Below are positions 38,174 through 48,578 of a stretch of 64,000 bases of DNA, one piece after another. This DNA comes from Candidatus Heimdallarchaeota archaeon (GTDB taxonomy: Archaea > Asgardarchaeota > Heimdallarchaeia > Hodarchaeales > Hodarchaeaceae), in assembly GCA_048881705.1 (NCBI GenBank), contig JBHLSH010000001.1, positions 64,001 to 128,000 on the forward strand. The letters run 5' to 3'. Position numbers and translations under genes: made by a program. Under the pieces are notes generated by a model. That model did no database searches, was not told the DNA's origin, and saw nothing but the letters and a program-made list of their open reading frames with translations. Each line of letters begins with the position of its first letter. Position 1 is the first letter of the stretch.

Positions 38174-39058
38174 TTAAATGAGAAAGAGGTTTAATACGAG
38201 CACCGCTCCAGAATAGATGACCGAGATTATCACGGGCTGATTTCCTTCTGGAACCATTGACTTAACCCCCCAGTACACCATTAAACCTCCCCAAATGAGC
38301 ACACCAATACCGATCCCGAGTAGAATCAATTCAGCGAAGCCCGAAACGGCAGGTATAGCGATTTTTTGGATATCCTCAGAAGTTCTAAGGACTACTGTCA
38401 TTTCTGAGACAAAAAACCAGTTATAACCGATATCAACTATCTGTCCTACGAATTGTGGCACAGATGCCCATCCTGTAATGGTTGCTGCTGTTTTAAAGTT
38501 CCGTCGATGAGAGGAAACTGCAGGGGCTACTACAGCCATAAGCAGGTAGAGAATTACACTATCAACCAGCCATGATATAATAGGGCCAAGTACGGAGAGA
38601 ATGATAAAGGTGAACCGTAGGTAGGACTCAAAATCAAATTCATCATAGAAGCTGGCTGGTAGATCAACTCCGGCTATATTTTGATAGAATTCTGGAAAAA
38701 TAGTCATTCTAAGCTTTGAGAGGAAAACAGCCATCGATACTCCCGCAAGAATTCCTATCAACAAGCTCAAGAAAAAGGGGTGTTTGTAGTTTGGTCTTTC
38801 CACGATTTTCGGCATTTCTTTTTGAGGGGTGATAATCACACCTTGAAAATATTGTAAAAACGGAAGAGGGGGTTCCGTGTGGCTCATTGCTGGCCTGGAG
38901 GTAATGTAATATGGAGATGCTGGAATTTGAGAAAGCGATTGGGGTCCTAACTTTGGTACTGGAGCTCCACAGTGTGCACAGAAAGCGGCACCAGGCAAGA
39001 GTTCTTTTCCACAAGATCCACAGTATTTGGGAGAGGTAGTATCGGAATTCATCGCCAT
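38174..39058 (-). CDS. Zinc-ribbon plus Yip1-domain membrane protein
   Basis: CGSCG...FCAHCG, then GVIITPQKEMPKI and five TM helices with FKTAATITGWASVP, the Yip1 pattern. Confidence 0.8.
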   Translation of the reverse strand: MAMNSDTTSPKYCGSCGKELLPGAAFCAHCGAPVPKLGPQSLSQIPASPYYITSRPAMSHTEPPLPFLQYFQGVIITPQKEMPKIVERPNYKHPFFLSLLIGILAGVSMAVFLSKLRMTIFPEFYQNIAGVDLPASFYDEFDFESYLRFTFIILSVLGPIISWLVDSVILYLLMAVVAPAVSSHRRNFKTAATITGWASVPQFVGQIVDIGYNWFFVSEMTVVLRTSEDIQKIAIPAVSGFAELILLGIGIGVLIWGGLMVYWGVKSMVPEGNQPVIISVIYSGAVLVLNLFLI

Positions 39059-39174
39059 AGTTCCACTTTCAAAGCATGCTGGTAACAACAGTTTGTGTTA
39101 TATCGATAATAATCACAAGGATTCGAACAATCACCTATCGTCCTGCATAGAATCAATTACCAGAGGCGCAGGAA

Positions 39175-39504
39175 CTAAACAGCACGCTCCTTTAAAACCA
39201 CAATAGTAAAGCCAGCTGTCTCATCTGGTGTAATGATGATTTCAGATTGGGGCATTTCGACATAAACGCTTTGTAATTTTCCATGTTCAAGAGCATCAGA
39301 GACACTCCTGACCTTTTTTACCAAAGCTGCTACATGAGCTGAAACCCGTTCTGCATCTGATTGAGGAAGATTAGACTGCAGAGGAAGCCCTTCTTCATCA
39401 CAAACTAGTATTCCCTTAACCCCACGGCGAGCTGCAAGTCGTTTGATAGTATTTTGAAGGATGGTCGGCATGCTATATTTATCTGAAGACATTAGATCAA
39501 TCAC
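39175..39504 (-). CDS. Roadblock/LC7 protein (dynein light chain roadblock-like)
   Basis: LQNTIKRLAARRGVKGILVCDEEGLPLQSNL...EIIITPD...IVVLK. Confidence 0.88.
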   Translation of the reverse strand: MIDLMSSDKYSMPTILQNTIKRLAARRGVKGILVCDEEGLPLQSNLPQSDAERVSAHVAALVKKVRSVSDALEHGKLQSVYVEMPQSEIIITPDETAGFTIVVLKERAV

Positions 39505-39507
39505 ACT

Positions 39508-39915
39508 CTATCTATTGGCTGTCAATGACATTTTGGTGCTATCTCGCTTCACCAAGGCAATTATAATGATCTCAGAATCATAATCAGGTATAATTTCGAC
39601 ATCTCCTGCCTCTAGTTCCAATCTGATGCTTCGTGCAACCTCCTGGGAGATTTCTTGCGAAATATATCGGATCCTACCAACCAAGGACGCCACTTGTGCC
39701 GCTACGTTCTCAGTATCTTCTGGGGGAAGACTACTTTGTAGTGGTAAACCGTCAGTATCGCTTAATACTGCTCCATAGACACCCTTATGTTTACCGACGC
39801 TACTAATTACTCTTTCTAACGCTTGCTGTGACAGGTATCCTGCTTCATGGGACATGATTGAAATCCTTCTTTCAGACGGATATATCACGGGATCAAGGAT
39901 GCAGACTAAAGACAA
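39508..39915 (-). CDS. Roadblock/LC7 protein, tandem paralog
   Basis: LERVISSVGKHKGVYGAVLSDTDGLPLQSSL...EIIPD...IIALVK. Real start probably MSHEAG. Confidence 0.88.
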   Translation of the reverse strand: MSLVCILDPVIYPSERRISIMSHEAGYLSQQALERVISSVGKHKGVYGAVLSDTDGLPLQSSLPPEDTENVAAQVASLVGRIRYISQEISQEVARSIRLELEAGDVEIIPDYDSEIIIIALVKRDSTKMSLTANR

Positions 39916-40729
39916 CCTCGAATATAAGTTAGGTTCAACAGATTACGGAAGAATCTGATTCCTAACAGCCGAAATAATGCCGTCACACTTACTGATTCCC
40001 ATTTTCTCTTATTCCATCTTAAAACCTTTTGCTTTTAAGTAGCAAGAGATACTTCTTTGAAACCTCAATTGGGCCGTAGCGGTTTTAGTTTGTTCGCACA
40101 TCAAGCTAAATCAAGGAAATCACCAGAGATGACTGAAAATCCTAGGGAAGGATATTGAATCAATAATGTATATACAAAAACAATTGGTACAAACCTGAAG
40201 TCATATAGATATTATTTATTCAACAAAAATGGTACGAGAGGCCTCTGTGAAACCATTATATCGGATATTGTTAAAATCCAGATTTTTAATGCTGATTTCT
40301 AATATATCAGTATAAACTGAGCCAAAAAAATCTAATAGACAATTGGCCCTCGTGACATGCTTATTAAGTGCCTCTAGATATAATTAGAATCCAAGAATTT
40401 ATGTAAAAACGAAAACTGACGAAACTGTTCAATCAAAGAAACCAATCGGGTGTTTATAAGTACCTACTCAGCAAAAAGAACTAGTTGCCCGTCACCCCAT
40501 AAAAGCAGGCTTATCGTCATCGAAAATGATGACCACAGTTAGGTTAAAACGTAGTCAAACATTATTTTCACCGTTTGAATAATTTCATGCCATTTCTCAC
40601 ATTTTAACCAAGAATTGGATATACTCTCAATCAGAATACAACATATGAATATCGAGTGCGATCTTCCGGAATAGGTGAGTATTTAAGGAACAAGAAAATA
40701 AACGTAAATGCCTCAAGGAGGAAATTTGA

Positions 40730-41188
40730 GTGTCGAGTGACGATGAAAATCCCGAGGGCGAAAAGGTTCAAAGGACCTTAGAGCAGATACTGACTATTGT
40801 GAAAGCCCTTAAGGATGATCTAAATTTATTAGAGCATAGGATATCAAGTATAGAAGAACAAATCCTACCAGATCCATCAAAAAAACTAACCTATCAAGTT
40901 GTGGAGATACCTGGACTTTCTTCAAGTCAAAGCCAAAAAAATCCAGGAGACCTCATATTGAATTTTGAAGGACTTGAAGAACATTTAAAAGAAACTTATC
41001 AGACACTAGTCGACTCTAATCAGGCAATGACGGCCAATCAGTTGGCGAATCTACGGGGGAGAAAGCGGAGTACAATCAGTGATCATTTAAACCAGTTATT
41101 TAAGAGAGACTTGGTCGAAAAATCTCGGCAGGCTAAGGAAGTTCTCTATACTCCAAAAGAATTGAAAGATCTTTACAAGCATGAATGA
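40730..41188 (+). CDS. Coiled-coil plus winged-helix transcriptional regulator
   Basis: N-terminal leucine zipper; TYQTLV...MTANQLANLRGRKRSTISDHLNQLFKRDLVEK...GKEVLY-like wing. Confidence 0.85.
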   Translation: MSSDDENPEGEKVQRTLEQILTIVKALKDDLNLLEHRISSIEEQILPDPSKKLTYQVVEIPGLSSSQSQKNPGDLILNFEGLEEHLKETYQTLVDSNQAMTANQLANLRGRKRSTISDHLNQLFKRDLVEKSRQAKEVLYTPKELKDLYKHE

Positions 41189-41251
41189 TTCTAACTAAAT
41201 CAATTATTTTTGTTGGAATAGAGGGAAGAAGAGGAATGATGTGTCGAACGT

Positions 41252-41791
41252 TTATTCGGAAGTATACTTCAATATGGCCTTTCCCAATTCTTCAAAGGCC
41301 GCCTGAACACCCTCTCCCGACTTTGCGGAAGTTTCGATCAAAGGAACATCTAAACGATCCGCAAAGGCTTGACCTTCCTCAGTGGATGTAGCTTCTGCAC
41401 CCTCTTCATCACGGAGATCGATCTTATTCCCGAGGAGAACCACGGGGACTTTTCGCTCACGTCCAGAATTCGTCCAGAGGTCATTCAACCAGTTTTCGCT
41501 ATTCTTGAACGTGTGACGTCTGGTAACATCGTAAACTAAAACTCCTCCGAAAATCTTGGTATAATAGGCCTTCACGACATCAGCAAAGACCGGTTGACCT
41601 GCTAGGTCCCAAATTTGCCAACGAATTTCTGTAGCCCCGACTGTCGTATCATAGAGCGCAAAATCGGCGCCCATCGTCGAGAGGTAATCGGATTCGAAGC
41701 CTTCTCCTAAATAGCGTTTTCGGAGTGAGGTTTTACCAACTGCTCCGTCTCCTACAAGCACTATTTTCCATAATCGTCTATCATCGCTCAT
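41252..41791 (-). CDS. Rab-like small GTPase
   Basis: GDGAVGKTSL, YLSTMGADF, WQIWDLAGQ, VYDVT, GNKIDL, ETSAK; no CAAX tail. Confidence 0.93.
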   Translation of the reverse strand: MSDDRRLWKIVLVGDGAVGKTSLRKRYLGEGFESDYLSTMGADFALYDTTVGATEIRWQIWDLAGQPVFADVVKAYYTKIFGGVLVYDVTRRHTFKNSENWLNDLWTNSGRERKVPVVLLGNKIDLRDEEGAEATSTEEGQAFADRLDVPLIETSAKSGEGVQAAFEELGKAILKYTSE

Positions 41792-42113
41792 TTCTTTATA
41801 CCTGCCTATTTATTCTTTTAATTGTCATACCGATACTCAGGAACGAATCCTAGGGAAAATTGACAAGGCGTCACCAAAAGTACGTTCCACTTAACTGCAC
41901 ACCGTATATCAAAGAGGGGTGACTTTCAGGAGTTTTTTTCTTCGTAAATGACGGAAAGTCCAAGTAGAGGTTGTTTTCCTTTCATTTTGGGCTTTATAGC
42001 AAATTATCTAGTAGATTTATAATATTTTGCAGATTGGGTGTAAATTCTTAGAATTGAGGCCTAGGGACGGAATGCATGGCTCTTTGGCTTTGGCTGATCA
42101 TATTTCTAGCTTT

Positions 42114-43829
42114 TTAAGACTGAGTTGGCGAGATTCGTTTCACGTACCCAAGTTTTCGTAACGCTTCTAAAGATTGATGTTCAAATTCTTGTTCTCTCTT
42201 CGTTATTTTAGCTGCAGTCTCTGGAGAAAGAACATCGGAAATGAAAAGCGCTCGGGCAGTAGGTCGCAATTCCTCAGGAAGATCGAGTATCCCCAATGCA
42301 TCAAATCGCTGGATTTGAACATAACGAGGGGGGAGTGTACAATCACACAAAGATTTGCCGGTTTCTTCTTCCAATTTTTTTGCCAAAGAACGGGGATTGA
42401 TGTTTAGATCTAAGAGAAATTTATGACGAGAATTGTGGGGGGTAGTGAACTCGTATAATAGGAGTTCCTTTGTTTTAGGATCAGAAATGTTCTCTTGTGC
42501 ATATTGACGAAAAATTTCCTCTGGATTTTCGTTTAATCGATTTGTCTCCGTGGCGTATGCTAACAATATTTGGCGTAAATCGTCTCTTACCGTATCTATA
42601 TCGAAAATGTATGGTTTAAAGACCTTTTTCACCAGTTCTTTTGCCAGAGCAAACCCTCCAATTCGGCCCGTCTTAGAGAAGTCGTTTATTGCACTTTCAA
42701 ATTGATCCTCAAACTGGTAAACAAATTGGCTTAGGAGATTACTTAAAGTCTCTGTTTCAACTGGACTGTAAAGGATTCCGACCACGCGATTTCCTTTCCT
42801 CAAAATAATCTTGGTACTGCCATTATCGATGCTTCGTAAATCCCATTCACCACGACGCCCCGCAGTTTCTGATACCATAAGTGCAATGCTATTCAAGGCG
42901 GCCGTAATTAGTGCAGGTTGCTTCATTTCATCTGCAGGTTTTCCAAAGAAGTAATAAAACATAGATTCTCCTGATCTGCGATCTGTAACAAATATTGCGT
43001 TGGGAGGTGCTTCTGTTTGATCTTCCAAGGAGACCGGCTCAAATCGTTCAGTTTCAGCAAAATTATGGAACAGCCTAGCAAAGTCATGAAAAATGGAATT
43101 AATGGGGGAGTGGGGGTTTTCAATGCTAAAAATCCCATCATCCGAGAATAGATTGAGATCGGGTAGCCAAGGAATATAATAAAATATAGGATGTCGAAGT
43201 TTTCCCCTCAATTCCTCTATCTTCTGCTCATACTGTCCTAAAACAACGGGAGGTTTGGCCATATTTACAATAAGGAAAGTAGGGACCGTCAAAAACGCTA
43301 AAAAGTTCTGAATGGTTGATCGGGTCATTTTCAGTGTAGGACTTTTTTCTGTAGAGATAATCCACACCACATCACTCTGAAGAATGGTGGCCATGGTGAT
43401 ACTGCTTTCTTCCAGGTCTACTGGGACAATAAATACAAGTATATCGATTGTATCTTTGAAAAACAAAGCGTTGATCCGGTATTTCACCTGTTCAAGAAGT
43501 GATTTTGATGGAGGTGGGCATCCGGAAGATGGAAGAACACGGACGAAAGTATCCCTGTCGGGATCTTCACTTACAACGAGGGCCTCTCTTACCAAGGTAT
43601 CTTCTGGGATCTCAGAAAGAAAATCACTGCTAGTAAATGGTGATTTCCCATAACTCTGTAGACTATATTGAAGTTCCTCCGTAGTAGAAAAATCGACAAT
43701 AAGAACCCTAAGACCGGGTTTCAGCTTAGCATAAGCCAAGAATGTGTTTATGGCGATTGTTTTTTTCCCAGACCTGGGAGTTCGGGAATAAACCGTGATT
43801 ACTCGTGGAGGAGACATTTTCTTATCCAT
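42114..43829 (-). CDS. Degenerate MinD/ParA-like domain fused to longin and winged-helix domains
   Basis: VITVYSRTPRSGKKTIAIN...RVLIVDFS (ParA-like); AIFVTDRRSGESMF...PALITAALNSI...FVYQFEDQF (longin); C-terminal SLEALRKLGYVKRI (wHTH). Start likely 43829 or 43817. Confidence 0.72.
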   Translation of the reverse strand: MDKKMSPPRVITVYSRTPRSGKKTIAINTFLAYAKLKPGLRVLIVDFSTTEELQYSLQSYGKSPFTSSDFLSEIPEDTLVREALVVSEDPDRDTFVRVLPSSGCPPPSKSLLEQVKYRINALFFKDTIDILVFIVPVDLEESSITMATILQSDVVWIISTEKSPTLKMTRSTIQNFLAFLTVPTFLIVNMAKPPVVLGQYEQKIEELRGKLRHPIFYYIPWLPDLNLFSDDGIFSIENPHSPINSIFHDFARLFHNFAETERFEPVSLEDQTEAPPNAIFVTDRRSGESMFYYFFGKPADEMKQPALITAALNSIALMVSETAGRRGEWDLRSIDNGSTKIILRKGNRVVGILYSPVETETLSNLLSQFVYQFEDQFESAINDFSKTGRIGGFALAKELVKKVFKPYIFDIDTVRDDLRQILLAYATETNRLNENPEEIFRQYAQENISDPKTKELLLYEFTTPHNSRHKFLLDLNINPRSLAKKLEEETGKSLCDCTLPPRYVQIQRFDALGILDLPEELRPTARALFISDVLSPETAAKITKREQEFEHQSLEALRKLGYVKRISPTQS

Positions 43830-44335
43830 TGATCTGATTATATTCCGATTGAAGGATTGTCTTTGGATTTCAAAGAAACCTTCTATTTGAATTGCGGATA
43901 AATATTGCATCGTCCCGTTTAACTTCTAAGAATAATGCAAAAGGCATTCAGATTTTGTTCAGAAGCTCATCGGGTGCAATTCGATTTGACCTAAACCATA
44001 TGCCGAATAGGAATCGAGGTTGGGCGAGGTTCTAGCCTATCTTTTTTGTTTAGGAATTGGTTGAATTCATAAATGTATTGAAACTCCCTCTAAATAATGT
44101 CACCTAATTGGGCAAAGTTCTTTCACAATTATTCCAGATTCTATTACAACTAGCAGATTACAATATTTAATGGGTAGACTCCATAATTTAGGCGTCAATA
44201 GGCAAGGCTATATTCTTTCTTCCTAATATCGGATATGGCCTTTTCGAGTAGGTTCACTAAATAAGATCCGCTGACAACCTTATAGCTGCCCCTTTATGGG
44301 ACTTAAGGCGATTATCACGCAATGGTCGGATTCAA

Positions 44336-45139
44336 ATGACGGAGACTCAAGATCAACTCCCTGCTATCCAACTGTCCTTAGACGAGGTAGGAATCACCGA
44401 TTTTCAGACACAAATCTCGATTACGAGGGGAACCAAAGTGTATCACTACACTGTCACTGCCAGTGTGGTCATTGATCTTCCCCCTCACCGTAAGGGTGCG
44501 CATATGTCACGCATTGTCGAAAGCATCTCTGAAATTTTAGCGAGTGAGACTCAAACATACTATTCTTTGGAAAAAATGTCTGTACAAGTACTTGAAAGAT
44601 TAAACAAACGACATCCGTTTGAAAATGGATCAGTCCGTCTTGAATTTGTTTTCTTCTCCACTCGTATAACACCCGTTTCAAAACTAGAATCCATTGAGCA
44701 TTATAACGCTACTTTGACAACTTGGTGGGATCAGGGTAATATATGGCATGAATTGACCCTTGGAACCTATGGAAGTACTCTCTGTCCACATGCTTTATCC
44801 CAGAGTACAACCCACCACACGCATATTCAACGGGCGTATGCTGAAGTTCAACTACGAGGTAAGACAAGTGATATTCCAGATATGGAAGATCTATCAAAAC
44901 TATTGGACCAAAGCTTTTCAGCACCCACCTTTTCCCTCCTTAAGGCAGAAGATGAACAATGGGTGGTGAATAAGATGTGGAAAAACCCCCTTTTTGTCGA
45001 GGATGTTACTCGTAACCTGTTGGAACTTGTTTCTACCCAATTTGCAGATAGAGCCCTAGAAATTAGAGCAAAAACCATCTCACAGGAATCAATTCATAAA
45101 CATAACGTTCTATCAAAAGGCAGCTGTAAAACCAAGTAG
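44336..45139 (+). CDS. mptA: GTP cyclohydrolase FolE2/MptA family
   Basis: TQDQLP, VGIT, KGAHMSR, TLCPHA, HIQR, PLFVEDVTR, SQESIHKHN. Confidence 0.88.
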   Translation: MTETQDQLPAIQLSLDEVGITDFQTQISITRGTKVYHYTVTASVVIDLPPHRKGAHMSRIVESISEILASETQTYYSLEKMSVQVLERLNKRHPFENGSVRLEFVFFSTRITPVSKLESIEHYNATLTTWWDQGNIWHELTLGTYGSTLCPHALSQSTTHHTHIQRAYAEVQLRGKTSDIPDMEDLSKLLDQSFSAPTFSLLKAEDEQWVVNKMWKNPLFVEDVTRNLLELVSTQFADRALEIRAKTISQESIHKHNVLSKGSCKTK

Positions 45140-45166
45140 TGCCCGAGGATGTTCATTCCTATGGAA

Positions 45167-46525
45167 TTAACGGCCTGAGTCTTTCTTCCTGCCAAATACG
45201 GTATCACGAAATTTCCTAGCAGCAGATAGTAACCCAATTTCCTCGACTGCCTTCCTTCCCACACTTACAGCTATATCTGTTTTAGAGATCTCTCCTGACT
45301 TGACTTTCTCCATGTAGCTCACAAGATCCTCGTAGGGTGGTAAAAAGTCAAAACGATAAATTTCGGCTTCCCAATAACCTTTTCCACGTTGGACCTTGTA
45401 GATAAGAATCACGATAACGAGGATAAATACCATGCTAGCCATTGTTAGGTCGTGATAGATTTCAGAAAAGCTAGCGAGACCTCCGAAAAGTTGGGTCCAT
45501 GCAGTTGCCATTCCACTCAAAACCTGAAGCTGGACAAGTTGAAATCCGAGGGCTAATCCCAAATAGATTAAGACGACACCTTCACCCCCTACGAATCCAA
45601 TGAAACGCCCAATACGGAATGGATCCTCGGTTTTCGGATCCGTTGTCTCACTCCCTTTCATTTTGATTCGTCTAGATATATTCTGGGCACTATAAACCAA
45701 GGAAAAAATTACCATGAAATAATCGAAACTGGTTACAATGTTTTCTGATCCACTAACGGAGGTAAGAAAGATCATGATTTGATTAGGTAAGTTCACCAGG
45801 AAAAAGAATCCGAGGGATGTATTAAAAACATCGTCCCCAGTAATAAATCCTCGGACGACCAGGATAACTAAAACTGCTAATCCAGCTCCAATAATTCCCA
45901 AACCGATGTAACTAAGCCGCGCTTGCTCAATACCAATCCCTATCATAATTATATTCCAAAAGATAGAAAAAACCGCCACAAGAGTCATTATTCCAGAAAA
46001 AATGGATTTACGATCTGAACTTGGTTTACCAAGGAATAGGATGCTGCCAGTAACTTTATTGGCAAATAAGCCCTTCGCAAATGCAAAGGATGCCAATGGA
46101 ATTAGAAGGGTCCAACTGAAAAAGGTTATCAACGGAATGAATTGTAGGAATGCATCTGAAATTGGCTGCAGCTCATTCATCTGTTCTGTCAAGAAAAAAA
46201 GGGCCTGCACAATAATTACGACGATGATTAACATACCGAATCTGATAGAGGTACTAAGTTTCTTTGAGAACAATCCTGCCAGAAGAAACCCGATAACGAT
46301 ACTAATCTGAAAAGAAACAATGAATTCTAGCACTTCAGGGGTTAAAATTGTCGAAGCTTGGTCTTGGAACACAATAACTCCCGTGGTAATCAGGGAAGTG
46401 ATGAACAGTACAATTGAAAATAAAATTAGCCTACGTGATAGGAGAATGCGGATTCCACCGAAGATTGTTGATTTTAAATAGTCCCAAAAGGCTTTTTCTA
46501 CATAGCTCACACTTTTTGCCTCCAA
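45167..46525 (-). CDS. Polytopic integral membrane protein of unknown function
   Basis: About 11-12 hydrophobic segments over 452 aa. Confidence 0.8.
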   Translation of the reverse strand: MEAKSVSYVEKAFWDYLKSTIFGGIRILLSRRLILFSIVLFITSLITTGVIVFQDQASTILTPEVLEFIVSFQISIVIGFLLAGLFSKKLSTSIRFGMLIIVVIIVQALFFLTEQMNELQPISDAFLQFIPLITFFSWTLLIPLASFAFAKGLFANKVTGSILFLGKPSSDRKSIFSGIMTLVAVFSIFWNIIMIGIGIEQARLSYIGLGIIGAGLAVLVILVVRGFITGDDVFNTSLGFFFLVNLPNQIMIFLTSVSGSENIVTSFDYFMVIFSLVYSAQNISRRIKMKGSETTDPKTEDPFRIGRFIGFVGGEGVVLIYLGLALGFQLVQLQVLSGMATAWTQLFGGLASFSEIYHDLTMASMVFILVIVILIYKVQRGKGYWEAEIYRFDFLPPYEDLVSYMEKVKSGEISKTDIAVSVGRKAVEEIGLLSAARKFRDTVFGRKKDSGR

Positions 46526-46663
46526 TTGAACAGGATTGTTGTACCTATCGTGATGGCATTATCATTTCGGAATGCCCATAAACGTTTAGGCGGGGAGTTT
46601 TTAAGCATTAAAAACATCTTGGAGGAGGAAGAAGAACAGATGAATATGTAAAAGAGGAGAACA

Positions 46664-46990
46664 ATGCAGCTGAAAGAGTTATCTGAGCTAGTAAATCAGT
46701 TCATTATGCGTCAAGGAGGCTATTGGAATCTTCCATGGATGTTGGCAGCCCTAACTGAAGAATTAGGTGAACTTTCGCGAGCCGCTCAAGTTTACGGAGA
46801 CCTGCGAGTACCTCCCGACCCCCGTGCATATCAAAAAAAGCGGCATACAAAGGACGCTCTCCTGGAAATGGCAGAAGAATGTGGAGACCTTTTATTTGCA
46901 CTATTGTGTCTCACGAATTCACTTGGGATTAATTTGGAGGCCGAGCTCCTTAAATCGCTAGAAAAATATTCCACCCGTGCTGATTCATAA
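46664..46990 (+). CDS. MazG-like nucleotide pyrophosphohydrolase
   Basis: GGYW...LAALTEELGELSRA...EECGDLLFALLCLTNSLGINLE. Confidence 0.9.
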   Translation: MQLKELSELVNQFIMRQGGYWNLPWMLAALTEELGELSRAAQVYGDLRVPPDPRAYQKKRHTKDALLEMAEECGDLLFALLCLTNSLGINLEAELLKSLEKYSTRADS

Positions 46991-47122
46991 GATACTAAAA
47001 AGCCGTACAATTACCTTCAACAGAAAAGGGAACCCGTGGTCAGGAGAGAAGATCTGCCGAAATCTTTATTATTTTATACAAGAACTCAGAGTCTATCATC
47101 GACAACTTGGAAGGATGAAAAA

Positions 47123-48550
47123 ATGGCAAGCGCAATCAAAATAGTTGCTGGACTATTCATATTGATCATTGGCCTCCCGATCGTTCTTGCGGGAAGTGCA
47201 ATCCTATTAATTGTCCCCATCTTTACTGATAGTCAAGGTTACTTTATGACTTCATCAATAAACGTTGGTCCATTTGACGGATATGCCGCTGTTCGTTACG
47301 ATATACCGTTAGATGATATTCAAATAGGAGTTGGTGTTGATCCATCAAACTTTATCACACTAAAAATGAATGCTCGTGATGCCAGTGGTAATGATGTCTT
47401 GGCTGGAATACTGCTCGCATCTGAAGCTGATGAGCTACTGGCAAGCGTAAATTACATTCAAATTACGAATCTAAGATTTCTTGAAGATTTTGAGTTTGGC
47501 TCGAGACCGACCACCACAATAGAGATGAATACAGTATCTAATGCTACTACTTGGGCTGCTCCTGACCCCAATTCAGTTAATTGGTTATTACGAGATACAG
47601 ATCAGACTTTTGAGTGGGCTCCCACGCTGGAAGCTCTTTCAGGCGGTTCACTTGCAGTAGTTCTTATGCACGCCAATTATAATACCTTCGATAGCCAATT
47701 AGCTAGTCATGTGCAGATTTCGTTCAGTGTTGGCGCCAGAGTACCTATTGTTGGAGCCATAGGATGGATCTTGGTGATAGTAGGTGGGCTATTCACATTA
47801 CTTGCGGTCATAGTTCTATGGAGTGGAATCCGCAGCAAGAAAGCTCACCCTCAACGGGTTCGCTACTACTACGGAGCCCCTACACAGAGGGTAGACCCGA
47901 TAGCTAGGACGGAACCAAAGTATCAACTTCAATGTAGCAATTGTGGATCGCTAAACGAGCCTGATAGTGCCTTTTGTTCCCAATGCGGTGAAATTTTACT
48001 CTCAGAGGATCGGACAACTGTAGACAAAATGGTCACAGAAAAGAAACTTGAAGTATTTGAACCTACGGGTGAGAAGCTCGTTGTAGCCGATGGATGGTCT
48101 CGATTTTGGTCCTGGCTAATCGATCTCTTGATAGTTGGTGCGATCGCAAATACCTTGACCTTTCTTTTCTTCTTCGGAATTAGGGATTGGTCCTTATGGT
48201 CTTCTGGTCCCCTTTTCGTCTCTTTTACCCCAACATCAGTATTCATGTTTCTGTATTTTTTGTTTATGGAAACTTACTACGGTCAGACCCTCGGTAAAAT
48301 GATACTAAAATTAGAAGTGGTTGCTGAAGAAACAGGTCAACGGCCGACTCCTGGTCAAATCGCTTTATCTGCGTTAGGAAAAGCCTTCTTTTTGCCCATA
48401 GATGTTATTCTGGGTTGGTTTGTCAAGGATAAGGATCAAATTCCGGATCTTGAGCAAAGAGCCACTCAAAAGTGGGCACGTGTGGTAGTAGTTCGTCAAC
48501 AACAGCAAAAGGATGCAAAAGTTCGATTTATCTCCAGTAGAGTCGGGTAA
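47123..48550 (+). CDS. Membrane protein: TM - extracellular domain - TM - zinc ribbon - RDD domain
   Basis: N-terminal TM, DSQGYF-type extracellular domain, second TM, CSNCG...FCSQCG, RDD motifs RFWSWLID...GQTLGKMILKLEVV...QRATQKWARVVVV. ATG at 47123 preferred. Confidence 0.8.
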   Translation: MASAIKIVAGLFILIIGLPIVLAGSAILLIVPIFTDSQGYFMTSSINVGPFDGYAAVRYDIPLDDIQIGVGVDPSNFITLKMNARDASGNDVLAGILLASEADELLASVNYIQITNLRFLEDFEFGSRPTTTIEMNTVSNATTWAAPDPNSVNWLLRDTDQTFEWAPTLEALSGGSLAVVLMHANYNTFDSQLASHVQISFSVGARVPIVGAIGWILVIVGGLFTLLAVIVLWSGIRSKKAHPQRVRYYYGAPTQRVDPIARTEPKYQLQCSNCGSLNEPDSAFCSQCGEILLSEDRTTVDKMVTEKKLEVFEPTGEKLVVADGWSRFWSWLIDLLIVGAIANTLTFLFFFGIRDWSLWSSGPLFVSFTPTSVFMFLYFLFMETYYGQTLGKMILKLEVVAEETGQRPTPGQIALSALGKAFFLPIDVILGWFVKDKDQIPDLEQRATQKWARVVVVRQQQQKDAKVRFISSRVG

Positions 48551-48578
48551 CCTGATTCTACTTCCCTTTTTCCTTTTT

